Assembly (NCBI GenBank): GCA_030390025.1
Contig: CM059432.1
Span: forward strand, 53,136,001 to 53,200,000
Reading direction: 5' to 3'
Length of the DNA: 64,000 nucleotides
From: Squalus acanthias
Lineage: Eukaryota
The position numbers and the translations under genes were made by a program. Position 1 is the first letter of the stretch; each line of letters begins with the position of its first letter. The notes beneath the pieces are model-generated. The model did not search any database. It was not told the DNA's origin and saw only the letters and a program-made list of their open reading frames with translations. Below, in pieces: positions 51,052 to 62,980 of the stretch.

Positions 51052-52212
51052 ATGGGGGCTGCACTGATTGGGGGCGTCGTCCTGCGCCACCAGAATCGGA
51101 GGACACAGAGACGCAGAGAGAGAGTGGCAATCATGGCCAGACGGAGGAGGGCCAATAAGCCTCTGTACAGGAGACCTTACCCTCCCAGGGTATTTCGTCA
51201 ACAGCTCTCCTACATTCATATGTCTGAGGAGCAGTGTTTGCGAAGGCTGCGCTTCAGCAAGGAGTTGGTCACTGAGCTCTGCCACCTGCTGCAGCCAGAT
51301 CTGCAGCCTCAACTGAGGTCCAGGACATCTCTGTCGGTGGCAGTGAAGATCACAGTGGCTCTGAACTTTTATGCCACTGGCTCATTTCAATCTGCTACTG
51401 GGGACATCGCCAATATCTCCCAGTTTGCAGTGTATTGCTGCATCCGTCAGGTCACAAATGCCCTCTTTAAAAGGAGACGAGAGTACATCTCTTTCCCCAT
51501 GACCCCAGACAAGCAGCAAGAACGCGCAATGGGCTTTGCTAGGATAGCGGGCTTCCCCATGGTGCAGGGCGCCATTGACTGCACGCATGTGGCTTTGCGT
51601 GCTCCGCATGAGAATGCCGAGGATTTCCGCAACAGAAAGGGGTTCCATTCCTTGAACGTTCAGTTGGTCTGTGACCACAGACAGCTGATACTCGCTGTCA
51701 GTGCCCACTATCCTGGCAGCTGCCATGATGCATTCATCCTGCGCCAGACTACTGTGGCAGAACTTTTCCAGGCAAGGCATCAGCCAGTTGGTTGGCTTCT
51801 CGAGGACAAGGGATATCCACTGAGCACCTGGCTGGTGACACCGCTCCGTACGCCCAACACCCTTGCTGAGCTGCGGTACAACGAGAGCCATCAAGCTACC
51901 AGGAACATCGTTGAGCACACAATCGGCGTGCTCAAGCAACGGTTCCGCTGTCTGGACCATTCTGGAGGAGCCCTGCAGTACTCGCCTGAGCGAGTTTCCC
52001 ACTTCGTAGTTGTGTGCTGCATGCTGCATAACATGGCAATCCTCAGGACCCAGCCAATGCCACCAGGCCTTGGAGCACCACCAGAGGAGGAGGAGGAAGA
52101 GAAGGAGGAAGAGGAGGAGGACGATCATCAGCAGAACCAAGGCGGGAGGGAGGCCTACAATGTAGAAACTGGAAGGGCCGTCCGTCAACGGCTGATAGCA
52201 AGCCGCTTCTAG
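51052..52212 (+). CDS. Harbinger DDE transposase (HARBI1-like), intact frame, 386 aa
   Basis: LRFSKE, HTH region, IDCTH, HDAF, (E)DKGY, VEHTIG..K.RFRCL and acidic C-terminal tract. Confidence 0.93.
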   Translation: MGAALIGGVVLRHQNRRTQRRRERVAIMARRRRANKPLYRRPYPPRVFRQQLSYIHMSEEQCLRRLRFSKELVTELCHLLQPDLQPQLRSRTSLSVAVKITVALNFYATGSFQSATGDIANISQFAVYCCIRQVTNALFKRRREYISFPMTPDKQQERAMGFARIAGFPMVQGAIDCTHVALRAPHENAEDFRNRKGFHSLNVQLVCDHRQLILAVSAHYPGSCHDAFILRQTTVAELFQARHQPVGWLLEDKGYPLSTWLVTPLRTPNTLAELRYNESHQATRNIVEHTIGVLKQRFRCLDHSGGALQYSPERVSHFVVVCCMLHNMAILRTQPMPPGLGAPPEEEEEEKEEEEEDDHQQNQGGREAYNVETGRAVRQRLIASRF

Positions 52213-52511
52213 GCCCCTGCTGAGGAAATGGCTTCTGCCATTGAGAACAACATGAATGAAACCAACCCGCAACCCCTAAGCCGGCCAAGGCACCAATGAT
52301 TCCAAAGACCAAACATGTATATTTTGAATACAAAAACTTATTTATTTCACAAACTCTGTGTGTGTCATTTCCTCATGACAAACAAATAGAAAGAAACACA
52401 AAAACACAGTCATTAACATAACTGGTTCTCATAACCTGGAGATGATGTTCAAAAGTTTGACCACGAGCCTTAGCCTTTAATAAAAAAATGACCAACATTT
52501 TGTCACACCTC

Positions 52512-54440
52512 CTACTTTTTGCCCTTCGAGGGTGATCTGCTTCCCTTGCGCACTTCCCCCCTTCCCACCCTACTGCTCCTCCGTAATGGGACCTCAGTGG
52601 CTGCAGCAAGGCTGGTGGAAGGCTGCTGATTGTCAGAACCTGAGACTGCAGATGCCCTTGAAGGACGGCCTCGACCAGCTCTGGGCCTGGAGGGCCCGGC
52701 TGCAGACTGCACCAACTCTGCATGGGTGGCAGCAGTCTGTCCTACAGGCAGTGGCAAGTGCAGTGGAGAAGTGACAGTGGTGGCAGCAGGAATGCTGTCA
52801 TCTTGAGAGAGGACAGCAACTCCCTACTCGACCGACACACTGGCACTCCCACGGGGCAGCACTTCAGCATCCGGAGCAATCTGCTGGAGCACAGATTGCT
52901 GGCCTGCTGCGGCGTGGTGAGAGCCCTGGGGAAATGTATACGAACCATCGAGGATGGCAGCAGTCAGTGCTCGCGTGGCCTCAATCTGAGTCTGCATGAG
53001 AGCAGTCAGAGATGGGTTCATGGCAGCCAGTGACTGAATTGCAGCACTAAGCTTTAGTGTGGCATCCGCCTGTGCTACAGCGAAGTGCTCCACACTCCTT
53101 GCCAGTGATTCAATGCATTCGGGCACCCTTCCCACTGCACCCATGAGCTCAGTGTGCATGTCCACCGCCTGGGTGTTCATTTCAGCGATGAGCCGCTCCT
53201 CCTCTGCATCCAGTGCAGTAGGAGTCGCTGGCATACTCTCCCTCCGGGGAGAAGGCCCCCGTTCTTCCCTACCCCCATGGCGTTGCTGCAGCCCGCTGGG
53301 TCCTGGAGCTTCACCCTCATCAGACCCTTCCCCCCTGCTCCCCTCCAGGGAAGGCGTGTTCCCAGTGTGGGCATGGGCTTCCTCGGGAGAGGGTGGCACT
53401 GATGCTCTGCCTTCATCTTCCTCCTCGGCTGCAGCATCACTCCCACTGGCAGCTTGAAGGGCCCGTCTCCTCAGCTGGTGAATCACCATCTGAAAGCAGG
53501 GAGGTACAAGAGTGGCTTTAGCGTGAGGACAGGGTGGCAGTAAGGGAGGAATAAGTGCAGCGATTTAGTAAGTTGGATTGAAAGTGTCAAAGGCTGGTGT
53601 TGTGAGGGACAAGTGGAAGGACAGAGGACAAAAAGGTGCTGACTTTACCATTGCTGTCCAGAACGGGGTCGGCGTCTCCAGTGGCGACGGGACCGATCAC
53701 CCGGCTTGCCACAATCCTCTGGACGCGCGCCTCAAGATCGCTGAGGGGTTGCAGCTGAGGCCGCCCTCCACCCGTCCGTTACTGCTGTCTCCTATTATGA
53801 GATAGCTTGGCCTGCAAGAAAAAGGACGGCGTCTGAGTAAATATACAGCCATGGTCTTGCCTGATGTGCCTCCCATAGGTGAATGGCCCTTACTGTATGC
53901 AGCCATGGTCTTGCCTGATGTGCCCCCCATAGGTGAATGCCCCTTACTGTATGCAGCCATGGTCTTGCCTGATGTGCCTCCCATAGGTGAATGGCCCTTA
54001 CTGTACGCAGCCATGGTCTTGCCTGATGTGCCTCCCATAGGTGAATAGCCCTTACTGTATCCAAAGTGTGGAATGTGCGTGTGTGTTTCATGAGAGGGCC
54101 ATAGGTGTTGGATGAGTGTTGTGCATTGGGGTTTTAAGACCCTCCAGCCATAGAGTGAGGTTGAGATGGAGGGATGGAGAGGTATTGAAAAAAAGCCACG
54201 CACCCTGATGATCCGAGTGAGGTCGTTGAACTTTTTTCGACATTGTACATGGGTCCTGGGCACCATGCTCCCGGAGGAGATGCTCTGAGCCACCTCCCTC
54301 CACACTCTTCTGTACTCGCGCGGCAAAGGCCTCCTGCCACTCTCAGGGAAGAGTATAGATCTTCTGCGCTCCACCGCGCCAACCAGAGTATCCAAGGCCC
54401 GCTCGCTGAAGCGCTGAGCTCGTTCTCTCACCCTCTCCAT
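52512..54440 (-). pseudogene. Myb/SANT gene of Harbinger copy 2 (exons 54440-54204, 53811-53649, 53489-52512), inactivated
   Basis: TAA at 53779-81 in exon 2, +1 frameshift near 53457 and TAG at 52824-26, all relative to copy 1. Confidence 0.85.
53846..54061 (-). repeat. 54-bp tandem repeat, 4 units, in Myb intron 1
   Basis: Same unit as 32041-32148; reads AYSKGHSPMGGTSGKTMA. Confidence 0.95.
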
Positions 54441-57400
54441 AGTCCTTGGCTGGAAGATTTAGGCACAGGTTTCTCCAGGCCGAGATTCAAGGCTCCAATG
54501 AGCAGGGTGTGGCTGGAGTGCAAGATCGACCCTCCCCTTTAAGAACTGTTCGGCGCCAGTGTGTCTGTGTTCCAGCGCTAACTGACAGCACCTGCGCTGC
54601 GCCTGCGCTCTGTGTCAGTGCCTCGCTCCTTGGCCTTTGCGCCTTAAGACAGGTGTGTAACGCCTGATTTAGCGCTCCAATCACCTCCAGGGGCGATAAA
54701 AGTCAAGTTTGCAGTCGGAGGTGATAATTAGCGCCAGGCGCTAATCTTTGCGCCCGGCCGATAATTGCGCCCCAAATGGGGCGATACTGAATTTCTCCCC
54801 CCATGTGCCTTTGTAAAAGTAACATCAAATGAAACAGGAAACACAATTATATATACAACCAATTGAAGTAGCTACGAAATGCATGGAACACCCTGGTTGA
54901 AGTGGTTTTGATTTACATATTGTAAATATGATACCTACAGAACTCTTTGAAGATATAATATCAATATAATAGATGACACCAAGCAATCACATTGTGTTTG
55001 TATTGAAAATGGAACAGTTAGTAGACATAACGTCTGCTAATAACCAATTAAGGGGATATTAAGAATTGAATTGAAGACCTTCGTAAGAATGGCATCAAAG
55101 AGATAAATCTGTAATAACCATTTTATATGATAAGTTATGAAACACCTATACAGCAGACAGGATTCTGAGAGTTAGCAGCTGAACTAACAGTAAGAATAGA
55201 AAGAAGTCAACAGAAAGACTGACTAGAGATAATTAGCTTACATCAGCAGAAAACTTCAAAGGAGATACCACTGCAAAAAGAGTATAAGATATGGGATTTT
55301 CAAATGGGAAAACAGAAGTCGCTGGAACGGCAGGCGATTCTCAGCTTCAGAGGCAGGCTCTGTAAGTTTTTAACTCTTGAGTCTCGGGGATCAAACGGTA
55401 CTTTTATTTGATTTTGGTGGATATTCTGGATTAAGAATATGTAGAAATGTAAAAATGTAACAAAGTTAAGATTTGAGAATAAGGATCTCTGAGAATAAGA
55501 ATTGTAAGCTATTTGTATTTTGAACTGTTAAAGTTGCGATTGACTCACCAGCTGTTAACTAAATGTCGGTTCCTTAATAAATCTATATATTTTTAGAATT
55601 GTCTCACAGAGTATTTCTGTATCAACCTCGCGAACTCAAATCTCTGTACACTCTTTTGTGAGGAGTTGCAGAATTCTGGGGGTTTTCCGGACCCTCATAA
55701 TATCCAGAAGGTTACAGTCTAGTTAAACTTATTAAAAGTGCTATCTGGAGGACGGTAATATCTTCAAGTCATTTCTTTCCTTTAGGGAGAGATAGTCTGG
55801 ACCTTTAGACCCAATTAAGCGTCTTATAGGATTCAACTATCTCTAACTTTAGTTGAAGGGGAACGTCTGGGGAATACGCCTGATCTGGGGTAGCCCGAGA
55901 AGGGCTAGGACTTGTAATTATCCCTTCAATAGAAGCCAAGTTTGCAGTCAGAGGCGATAATTAGCGGCAGGTGCTAAATTTTGCGCCGGCCCATAATTGT
56001 GCCCCAAACAGGGCGATACCGAATTTCTCCCCCATATTTCTTTTAACATATGACCATGATTTGTCAGGTACACTGCTACTGAGTGATTCATGTGCTTGTC
56101 ATTCACTGCTCTAACACAGGCTGCGCTGTGCCCCGCCCCACAGAGCCGGCAATCAGTGTAATCACTCAAATCAGGGAAACTGACGAAAACTTTGGCTCTT
56201 CCACAGTAATTACCCTGTTAATTCCCCACTAAAATTTAGGCTCAAAGGAATTAGGTGTAACTTGCGTTCTAACAGCGTATTGACTGCTAAACAAAGTTTA
56301 ATGCCCTGAAAAAATAATTTTAATTCTGTGCCGTGTGAAATTTGTCCATTTTAATAAAAATTAAACATTTTAAGAAATGTTAAAACATTTTTACATTTAA
56401 AAAAAAAGTTTGTTCATCTTTATTTCAGGTTTGCCTTTTCCCCATGTGAAAGTCCCAATCTTTGTTTCGCTCTCTCTAACATTTTTAAAAAGTGAGACTT
56501 TTAAGAGCTTAGTCACTTCCTTGTTCGCTGTCTGTGAGAATTCTGCATTTTGATTGGCTGCATAGACATCTTATTGATGTCACAGCAGTTCACACTAGGG
56601 GATCCCCATTAACCTCTGTTGATTAGAATCGAGCGTCGGAATACCCGAAGTTCTCGACACAGCGATCGCGAGATCCTTGTGCGAAGCTTACTTCGCGGCC
56701 AACGGCAAACGCCTTTGCTTCACCGCAGACCGCAAATTCTGGGTCAATATATTTTACTTCAACAGAATGTTATGTCTGTTGAGGAGGTGTAAGAGTTTGA
56801 CACTATGGTGGAATTAATTCAATTATTACTCCCTCTATCATTTAAGGGTCAAGAGACAACAGCTTACAACCATCTTCTCCAATAGCGATGTTGAAATAAT
56901 ACAACAAATTAGCTCTGTGCTAACATATTTCATGATAATTGATTAATGAATCTTCTAAGTGACAGGGTAGGTCAACAATTACTGATTGAATTGTACAGTG
57001 AAATTATTACAATCCCCTGCATCATATGTAATGTTGTAAAATTATCCTTGTCTTTTAAAATAAATACGTAACTTAAAAATGTAATGAATTTGTTTCTCTT
57101 AGTGCTTACTATGCCTTACCCAGAGAGAAACCTTTATATTCGTCATTCAATATCAGAAAGATAATGTTGTGAATCCATTTAATTTATCTCAGTATACATT
57201 GAGCTGCTGTTTATGAATTTCAAATAACAGTGGAGTCCAAAAAAACCTTAATAATGCAACGTTAGCTCACAATTTGAAAGAGATTTAGCTAGATGAAAAT
57301 CCATCCTGCTCTCAATTCAGTATATGTCCTGACTCTTCACTTATTAGCATACTTGTATGGAATCCTGGACACAGCTGATTAAGATAAAATCATCTAGACA

Positions 57401-57577
57401 CAGCGAGAGGTGAGCAGAGTTCACTCTGTATATAGCAGCAAAGTAAGTTTTAAAGCAAAACTGAAATCAGACAAATGCTAAGTTTCATATTTGGTAACAC
57501 TTTCAGCTGCCAGAATCAAACATGTTCTCTGTTTCTCATTCAGAAAATCTAACAAGAGAGCGAGAGAGAGAGATGTA

Positions 57578-60536
57578 GGCTGTGAAATTCGACACCTTAG
57601 CGCCAGATGATAAGGTCAATTTCGGGGAAAAAAATGGCGGTTGCTTCCGCCCACTTCCGGTGAGGAACGCATCAGCCATCATTTTGGGCAGGTCGGCAGC
57701 ACTGCCGTTGCCTGTGCTCTCTGCAAATATGGTAATTAGTCAGATTGTGCCGTCAATCAGCGTGCAACACTGAATTGACGCACAACCTGCTGTATTGGAC
57801 GTTGCCACTGCTTTCAATGCCCTCTCCAAAGCACGCACAGCTGAACGTGCATTTGAACGATGGATCCCCCACCAGTGCTTCTTAAATCGACACATGCAAC
57901 TGTGAGGTAAGTTTAGATTTTTGCTTTTGTACTAGTTACTTTGGGGGAAAAATTCAGTATCGCCCCGTTTGGGGCGCAATTATCGGCCGGGCGCAAAGAT
58001 TAGCGCCTGGCGCTAATTATCGCCTCCGACTGCAAACTTGACTTTTATCGCCCCGGAGCTGATTGGAGCGCTAAATCAGGCGCTACACATCTGTCTTAAG
58101 GCGCAAAGGCCGAGGAGCGAGGCGCTAACTCAGAGCGCTGGCGAAGCTCGTGTGATGTCAGTCAGCAATGGAACACAGACACAATGGCCCCGGCCAGTTC
58201 TTAAAGGGGAGGGTTGATCTTGCTTTCCATCCACATCCTGCTCATTGCAGCCTTGAATCTCAGCCTGGAGAGACCTGCACATCAAATCTGCTGGAAAGAA
58301 CAATAGAGACAACCAGGGAAAGAGCTCAGAGTGCAACACCCACAGTCTCTTCTAAATCGATACAAGGAAGGGCAAATCAAAATGAACCTGCAAAGTGCTG
58401 CTCAGTACCCAAAACTCCTTCACACAGTGTTGAATCTCTCCAGAAGTCCCTCTCTCTCTTTCTCAGAATGCGTGGTTCAAAAATATCACCAACAAAAAAA
58501 GGCAGGAAGCGGTCGTCTTTAAATAGTGCTCCCCCAGTCCCTTCCTGACTGCAAAACGCTCCCCTCAACCTGTCGTTGCTAGTGGCAGGCGGTAAGGCAG
58601 GGGGCGCCACTCAATATCCACTCCGGGGCGCTACCGGGGCGTTGTGCACTCGAATGACGTCACGATCTGCCGGCACAGGAGATCGTGGCGGTAGTGTTTA
58701 GCGCCGCCGCAAAATGTCTAGTTAATTTTGCGAGCAGCACAAACATCGCCGCGCCGGGCGCTAGTTGCTTTGCGCCCCATTAGCGCCCTCTTAAGGCGCT
58801 AACGTGAGGCGCAACCAACTGAATTTTCCCCCTTTATATTTTATTGGCGTAGTGGCTTGGTGTAATACATTTAAAAAGTTGTTAATGTGTGAAGGGAGTG
58901 CAGGGAGTGGTGCTGGATGTTTGCAAGGCTTTGGCTCTTAAAAGAAGGCCTCTGAGAACACCACTTGCTCCCAGTCCTCAGAGCTCTTGTTGCAGTCCCC
59001 CTTGGGCTGCAGCACAACATGGAGATGGAGCAGAGGCAGCAAAGAGGGCAAGCTGCTCACAGAGGGAGGAGGAGGAGGAAGAGGAAGAAGCAGAAAAGGA
59101 GGAAGCAAAAGAGGAGGAGGAGGAAGCAGAAGAGGAGGAAGTGGAAGGAAGGAGGCAACCCAGATAACCCTTTCTGGCCGGGATTTCCGGGATCAAATCA
59201 TCCACTTGCAGTACCAGTGAACACAACCCTAATTCCCCTTTCAACATTTGTCCCACACCTTCCCTTCCCTCTGTTACTGACCATTGGCCACAATGCTGAA
59301 ATAAAAGCCACCACAAAGCCATATATACATATACGCAGCCAATATTACTTCAAAAAATCAACTTATCAACCTTGTGCTTTCCTTTAATGAGTGTCTTGTG
59401 TGCGACTTTGCTTATCCTAGTGCTCCTACACAGTGCTACCCCAATGGCTGCAGCATGGCTGGTGGAAGGCTTCTGACTTTCAGTGGGAGAGACTGCAGAT
59501 GGCCTTGCAGGATGACCTCGAGGAGCTGGTGGCTGGGAGTGTGAAATCGAGTGACAGTGTTTCCTCTTCTTCACTCGCCTCTCACTCGTCTTGTTCAACC
59601 ATTGGCTGGACAGGCTGTATTTCTTGGGTGTCTAATGGTGGAGTTGTGGTGAGGGGAGGGGTGTAAAGCCAGAGGTGCATGCTTACATCATGTGCACCTT
59701 GTAAATCAGAAGATATGAGGGGGAAGTGGGATGTGAGAAGGAGGATAACTTACGAGGATACTGGCATTTTGTATTCTTTCAATCCTGCCGCTGGCCAAGG
59801 CTCAATGGCCAGCATCGTCTCCTCCAAGGGGGTGAGGTGAAGCTAGGAATGTGAGGTGTGCCTCGTGTTTGGTAGAGATTGTTGGTAGGTGAGTGATTTG
59901 GGTGGGGGGAGGGGGTCGTGCAATGAGCAGTGTGTGAGGCTAGTGGTGCAGTTGGTAGGAGACGGCTTTTGAAGATGCATTCACTGACCTTGACCAGTGG
60001 TCTGAGGTCATGAAACTCCTTTTGGGCACTGAAGCCACATTCTGGGAGCAACACTGCTGGCAGTGATCGGTTCGGATATCTGGTCCCACATCCTTCCTTC
60101 TGGAGGGCTTTCTGGCCCCCTGTGGGTAGAGGACCACACTTGCAGTTTTGCCCCCCTGCACAAAGGCCTTGAGTGCTACATCCGAGACCCTGGGTGCTCT
60201 TTCCCTGGTCTGTTGAGCCATTTGGGTTAGTGCTGAAGCACTTTCAACATTTTTGATCACCAGAAGGCAGCTCACCTTTAAGAGGTGCAGACTGCCTTTC
60301 AGAGGTGCAGGCTAGCTTTAGGTAAAGCTAGCCTCGCTTGAACATTGAGAACTTCAGCCCACTGCTGAATGCACAGCCTGTCAGCTGTGTGTTCAGCACT
60401 GGACTGTGCACTACAATTGTTTAAAGTAGCAGGCAGCACAAATTTGATGTGCTGCCTGAACTCCTTTCAACGGGCGCGGGCAGATTGCGCTTTGTGGTGC
60501 CGTCGCCCGTATTTGAGCGCTATCGAACTTCACCCC
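57578..60536. mobile_element. Internally deleted Harbinger derivative hosting a MITE
   Basis: GTGAAATTCGA / TCGAACTTCACCCC termini. Myb remnant on the minus strand (MAQQTRERAPRVSDVAL). Transposase N- and C-terminal remnants are fused at about 59000-59220. Confidence 0.7.
57943..58832. mobile_element. 890-bp non-autonomous Harbinger (MITE)
   Basis: TIR GGGGGAAAAATTCAGT / ACTGAATTTTCCCCC; TSD TTT. Confidence 0.9.
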
Positions 60537-61288
60537 TGCTGTTTTTATATTACATAGAATTTACAGTACAGAAGCAGGCCATTTGGCCCAACTGGTTTCT
60601 GTCAGTGTTTATGAGCCACACGACCCTCCTCCCATCCTACGTCATCTAATCCTATCAGCATACCCTTCTATTCCTTTGTTCCTCATGTACTTATTGAGCT
60701 ACCTCTTAAATGCACTAATGCTTTTCACTTTAGCTACTCCATGTGGTAGCAAGTTCCACATTCTAACCATTCTCTGGGTAAAGAAGTTTCTCCTGAATTC
60801 CTTATTGGATTTATTAGTCACAATCTTATATTTATGGCCACTAGTTTTAGACTCCCCCCAAGTGGAAACATCTTCTCTATGTCTACCCTATCAAACCCCT
60901 TCATAATTTTGAAGACCTTTTTTAGTCAACTCTCAGCCTTCTCTATTCTAGAGAAAAGAGCCCCAGCCTGTTCAATCTTTCCAGATAGTTACAACCTCTT
61001 AGTTCTAGTATCATTCTTGTAAATCTTTTTTTCACCTTCGTCATTGCCTCTATATCCTTTTTATAATATGGAGACCAGAACTGTGCACAGTATTCTAAGC
61101 GTGGTCTAACCAAGGTTATATATGAGTTTAACATAACTTCCATTAATTTTCAATTCTATTCCTTTAGAAATGAACCCCAGTGCTTTAGTTAAATTTTCTA
61201 TGGCCTTGTTAACCTGTCTTGCTACTTTTAATGATTTGTGAATCTGTGCCCCAGATCCCTTTGCTCCTCTACCCCATTTAGACTCTTA

Positions 61289-62980
61289 GGGGGAGAAATG
61301 CACTATCGACCCGTTTGGGGTGCTAATTTTATAAGTTTGAAAAGTGAACGCCAGGCGCTAACGATTTCAAACTTTTGAAAAATTTGTCGTGTGCGTGCCA
61401 AGAAGGAAGTGGAGCACTAAATCAAGTACTCCACTTCCTTCTTGGAGTGCAATCGGCAGCAGGCGGGGCGGCGACTTCAGCAGCGCTACACACTGGGCCG
61501 TGCAGCTCTGTTGCATTCAAAGGCTCCTTCCCTCCCTTAAAGGGAAGAGCCATCACTGCAGGCTTTGCAATATAAAAAAGTACCTACCTGGACCACCAAG
61601 GCAGCCACGATCCCGCGCGATCAGCCCGGCACTCAAACAGAGTGCTGGGCTGATCGTTCGCGGGCAGGAACCCGCGAAAAAAACTGCAACAAGAAAGGTA
61701 AATTTTTTTTTACTTACCTCGGCCACCTCACCTTTAATCATCGCCCTTGAATTGGCCGACCACCTGATACACGCCTCCTGCAGCTGTCGGTGTTTTTGAC
61801 CGGCGCTGCTGCAGGAGGTGGAAGTCAATTTGGGGTCTGGGGCGCTACCGGGGTGATGTGCACTGGTGATAACGTCATAATCTCCAGGCGAAGGAGATCG
61901 AGGCGCAATGCTGTAGCGCAGCCGCAAAACTCCCGCCAAATATAGCGGGAGTCGATGTCAGCGCCGTGCCCGGTGGCAAAGCCATTTGCACCTCATTAGC
62001 GCCCCGGGGGCTAATGCATTAGTGATTAAGGTGAAAGGAGGGAATAATGGTAAAAAGTTAAAATTGAAGTCTCTTTATCTGAATGCATGTAGCATTCATA
62101 ACAAGATAGATCAATTAGATGCACAAATAGAAATAAATGGGTTTGATCTAATAGCCATTACAGAGACGTGGTTGCAAAGTGACCAAGGTTGGGAATTAAA
62201 TATACTGGGGTACTTGACGTTTCAAAAAGACAGGCAGAATGGAAAAGGAGGGGTTAGTCCTGATAATAAAGGATGACATAAGGACAATAGTGAGAAAGGA
62301 TATTGGCTCAGAAGATCAGCAAGTAGAATCAGCATGGGTGGAGATAAGAAATAACAAGGGGCAGAAAACATTGGTGGGAGTAGTTTATAGGCCCCAAACA
62401 GTAGCTATACCATTAGACAGAGTATTAATCAACCAATAATAGGAGCTTGTAACAAAATAATACAATAATCATGAGGGACTTAATGCATTCAAGACAGTTT
62501 CCTAGAACAATACGTCATGGAACCAACCAGGGAATATGTTATTTTAGATCTTGTATTGTGTAATGAGACAGGGTTAATTAGTAATCTCATAGCAAAGGAT
62601 CCTCTGGGGAAGAGTGATCATAATATGATAGAATTTCACATTGAGTTTGAGAGTGAAATACTTAATTATGAAATGAATGTCTTAAACTTAAAAAAAAGCC
62701 AATTCCATAGGTATGAGGGGTGAGTTGGCTAAGGTAGATTGGGAATTAGATTAAAAGGTATGATGGTAGATAAACAATGGGAAAAATTTAAAGAAACATT
62801 CCAAAATTCACAACGAATTTACATTCCATTGAGAAATAAAAACTCCACAGGAAAGTGATCCATCTGTGGCTAACTAAATAAGTTAATGATAGTATTATAT
62901 TAAAAGAAGAGGCTTATAATGTTGTGAAGAATAGTAGTAAGCCTAAGGATTGGCACCCAAAGGCACCCAATTTTGCCCCC
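61289..62980. mobile_element. Harbinger-type MITE carrying an internal CR1 fragment
   Basis: GGGGGAGAAAT ... AATTTTGCCCCC; TSD TTA (61286-88 / 62981-83). Confidence 0.75.
62015..62953 (+). mobile_element. Internal CR1 endonuclease fragment
   Basis: LYLNACSI..K; DLIAITETW; VGVVYRP; PTRE..ILDLVL; LGKSDH. No CR1 3' tail. Confidence 0.85.

Larger units (their letters stand above)
50540..54801. mobile_element. Full-length PIF/Harbinger transposon, copy 2 (4262 bp)
   Basis: TIR GGGGGAAAAATTCAGT / ACTGAATTTCTCCCCC; TSD CAT. The empty site is confirmed by the LTR copy near 43850-43875. Confidence 0.95.
50197..55928 (+). mobile_element. Solo LTR family 2 (~1467 bp net) split by Harbinger copy 2
   Basis: TGTAAAGG...CCCTTCA; perfect TSD ATAG (50193-96 / 55929-32); AATAAA near 55575. 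Confidence 0.88.
49417..56033. mobile_element. ~880-bp non-autonomous Harbinger (deletion derivative) split by a solo LTR
   Basis: GGGGGAAAACTT ... AATTTCTCCCCC; TSD ATA. The net sequence matches 57943-58832 in reverse. Confidence 0.88.

Noticed and set aside
51052..52212. Domesticated host gene HARBI1 (or NAIF1/MSANTD for the Myb ORFs)
   Set aside because: The ORFs lie within TIRs and TSDs, with several decaying paralogues nearby, so they are transposon copies. No gene symbol assigned.
51382..52272. 296-aa antisense ORF, and similar ones at 39136-39783 and 26304-26954
   Set aside because: Shadow frames of the transposase with no recognisable motifs.
53846..54061. Regular 54-bp repeats resembling a CRISPR array
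   Set aside because: Units are contiguous with no unique spacers, no cas genes are present and the context is eukaryotic. It is a minisatellite.
57370..57450. E-box + GATA + TATA-like cluster as a promoter
   Set aside because: Non-canonical spacing, no linked gene, and expected by chance.
59060..59155. Glu-rich or Arg-rich short ORFs (also near 29440 and 47700)
   Set aside because: These are (GAG/GAA)n acidic tails of decayed Harbinger transposases, not independent genes.
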